Positions 62,322-64,000 of a DNA stretch of 64,000 bases are shown piece by piece. Location of the stretch: contig JBHGNT010000031.1 in assembly GCA_043228905.1 (NCBI GenBank), forward strand, positions 1-64,000. The letters are read 5' to 3'. Position 1 is the first letter of the stretch. Each line of letters opens with the position of its first letter. A model generated the notes under the pieces. That model was given only the letters and a program-made list of their open reading frames with translations. It was not told the DNA's origin and did not search any database. The position numbers and the translations under genes are program-made. The DNA is from Azolla caroliniana. Lineage: Eukaryota; Plantae; Polypodiophyta.

Positions 62322-64000
62322 CAAAGAACTCGTTTGATTTGATCAGTCTTGAACATAATGTTAAATGGATTGTGAACATGTGTGCAAGCTAAATTACAAG
62401 CAGTCTCGTTTGCATTTTTACGTGAAGTTCATTTTGGTATCATTTCATATTCTTATCACAATTTTCATCAACAGTAGCATACTGTGGCAAATTGAGTTGT
62501 AGCTGAAAAAAAAAGAGCTTTCGTCAAACCCTTTTAGCTTTCCATTTACTCGTCTAGATGCCTCATTATTTCTCTATTTAAAAGGTTCCGTTTTTGTGAC
62601 CATGGTGAATGACTGTGCTTGTGATCATTAGGATTTCCCCACTGGTATTGTTTCAATAGTTTGGATGATCTTAAACTAAGGTAATAAAGAGTTTCTAATT
62701 AGGAACAGAATATCAAGCTCATTGCTTTCGCTGCTGAAGACTTGAAATCACTCTCATAGTTCTAGTCATATTTTAGAACATCAATAGGGTATTGTCTTGA
62801 ATGTATAAGATGTGGGCATACATATCTTATATGATGTATACATGGAATGATTTAAGTGTTTTAGCACATAATCTCTTTCTTACATTTTTGAAATGTGAGT
62901 CCTGCAACGGTTCCATGATTATGTACAATTAGTTAGTTGGTTCTGCTTTTGTGTGAGTAGGTATTTTCTTGTCTCAAACTTGCTGAAAGGCTAATCAAGT
63001 TTGGGATTTGTTGGGCCTGATAGCTAATCTAGTTTGAGAGTTATGACACGTGATGAATAAAACTTCTCCTTTGTTGTACTTGGGTAGCCAATGTGGCTCG
63101 AATGATGTGCAGTATCCCCATATAGCATCACCATCCAAGTTCAATGAATCTGACTCTTTAACGCCCAACAAGTGTGATAGGTAAATCCTGGTGCAATGCA
63201 TCAACATTCAACTTTTAACAAAACAATGTTTATGAGAAGAAGAGTGAAGTGAAGTAGAGGCTGAATTTTGCCAATGATCCAAATTTTTATTGCAAACAAA
63301 TATTTAAGGGTATTCTAGTAATTTGCTACAAGTGTGGTGTTTTTTCTACATGTGTATTTCTAGGGTACCAGTACTACAAAAGAAAGCTTCAAGTTTCGTA
63401 AAGATCTCTGATAGTGACCTTAACGTATAAGGTGTTGCTACAATTGATAATGAGTGTTGGAATAGTAAAATGGGTATGAATAGCACAACTATAATGTAAG
63501 CAATTATTCCTGACTGCTGAGTGGGTTACATGTGCCTAACCTCAATGATGTAATAACGAAGTACATAGGATACATCTAGGTGTTCTTAGCATGCTGCACA
63601 TGTCTTCTATCCTCTGTTGGTTCTTTACTGTTATTCTGTTCCTCTACCTTTTTACGAGGTCTCAGCTCACATGGTGCAAGTGATGGGGTAAACCCTAAAC
63701 CACATAAATTTGGTTCTAATGTCATTTTTCACCTTCATACCCTTTCATGGCACCAAAGTTAAAAATACATGCATGCTGTTTGATCTTGGTTATTGGTTAA
63801 GAAAATGCTCATATAGCACATAACTTTTGGAATCTCAAGTCCATATAAAATAAATAATAATAACTTGAGTCCCAGCAATAAGAAGTTTAAGTTCAAAGTC
63901 CTACCTAAAATTTGACATCTGATATGTTAAACCAGACAATAGTTGGGGAGGGCCTTTTGAGGAGCGAGCATCTTTTACTTTTCAAAGATATTTGACAATT

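Noticed and set aside
62322-64000. Further gene downstream of RIF1
   Set aside because: AT-rich with only short ORFs; possible small exon (~63364-63430) cannot be supported

Overview
Eukaryotic, most likely non-seed land plant (bryophyte/lycophyte-like) nuclear DNA. About 56 kb is a transposon nest, followed by a ~10-exon RIF1 gene (56415-62321, +). Junctions and TSDs read from the sequence give the nesting. A Mutator (MULE) transposase is split at 9365/53925 by Athila-like gypsy A (9366-53924, -). A contains tRNA-Trp-primed gypsy C (11918-46564, +). C contains Tnt1/Tork-like copia F (14223-19726) and gypsy D (21057-31554), and D contains the gag-only element E (22951-26455). C's 3' LTR contains Athila-like gypsy B (35220-45904, -), which carries a copia solo LTR. 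A second gag-only element G (575-4719, -) and a related inverted LTR (1-574) open the window. Most unusual signal: A and B have no polypurine tract. In its place, 2 nt before the 3' LTR, sits a conserved tRNA-like structure ending GGCGTG-CCA that is complementary to the element's PBS (11 nt in B), so PBS-like sites face inward from both LTRs. The Trp-primed family shows a conserved GGAUUUU + pseudoknot -1 frameshift between protease and RT, 4-bp CpG-centred target sites, a covarying pre-PPT hairpin, and antisense tRNA-type A/B boxes in two LTR families. Lineage names and tRNA identities are from memory, not database searches.
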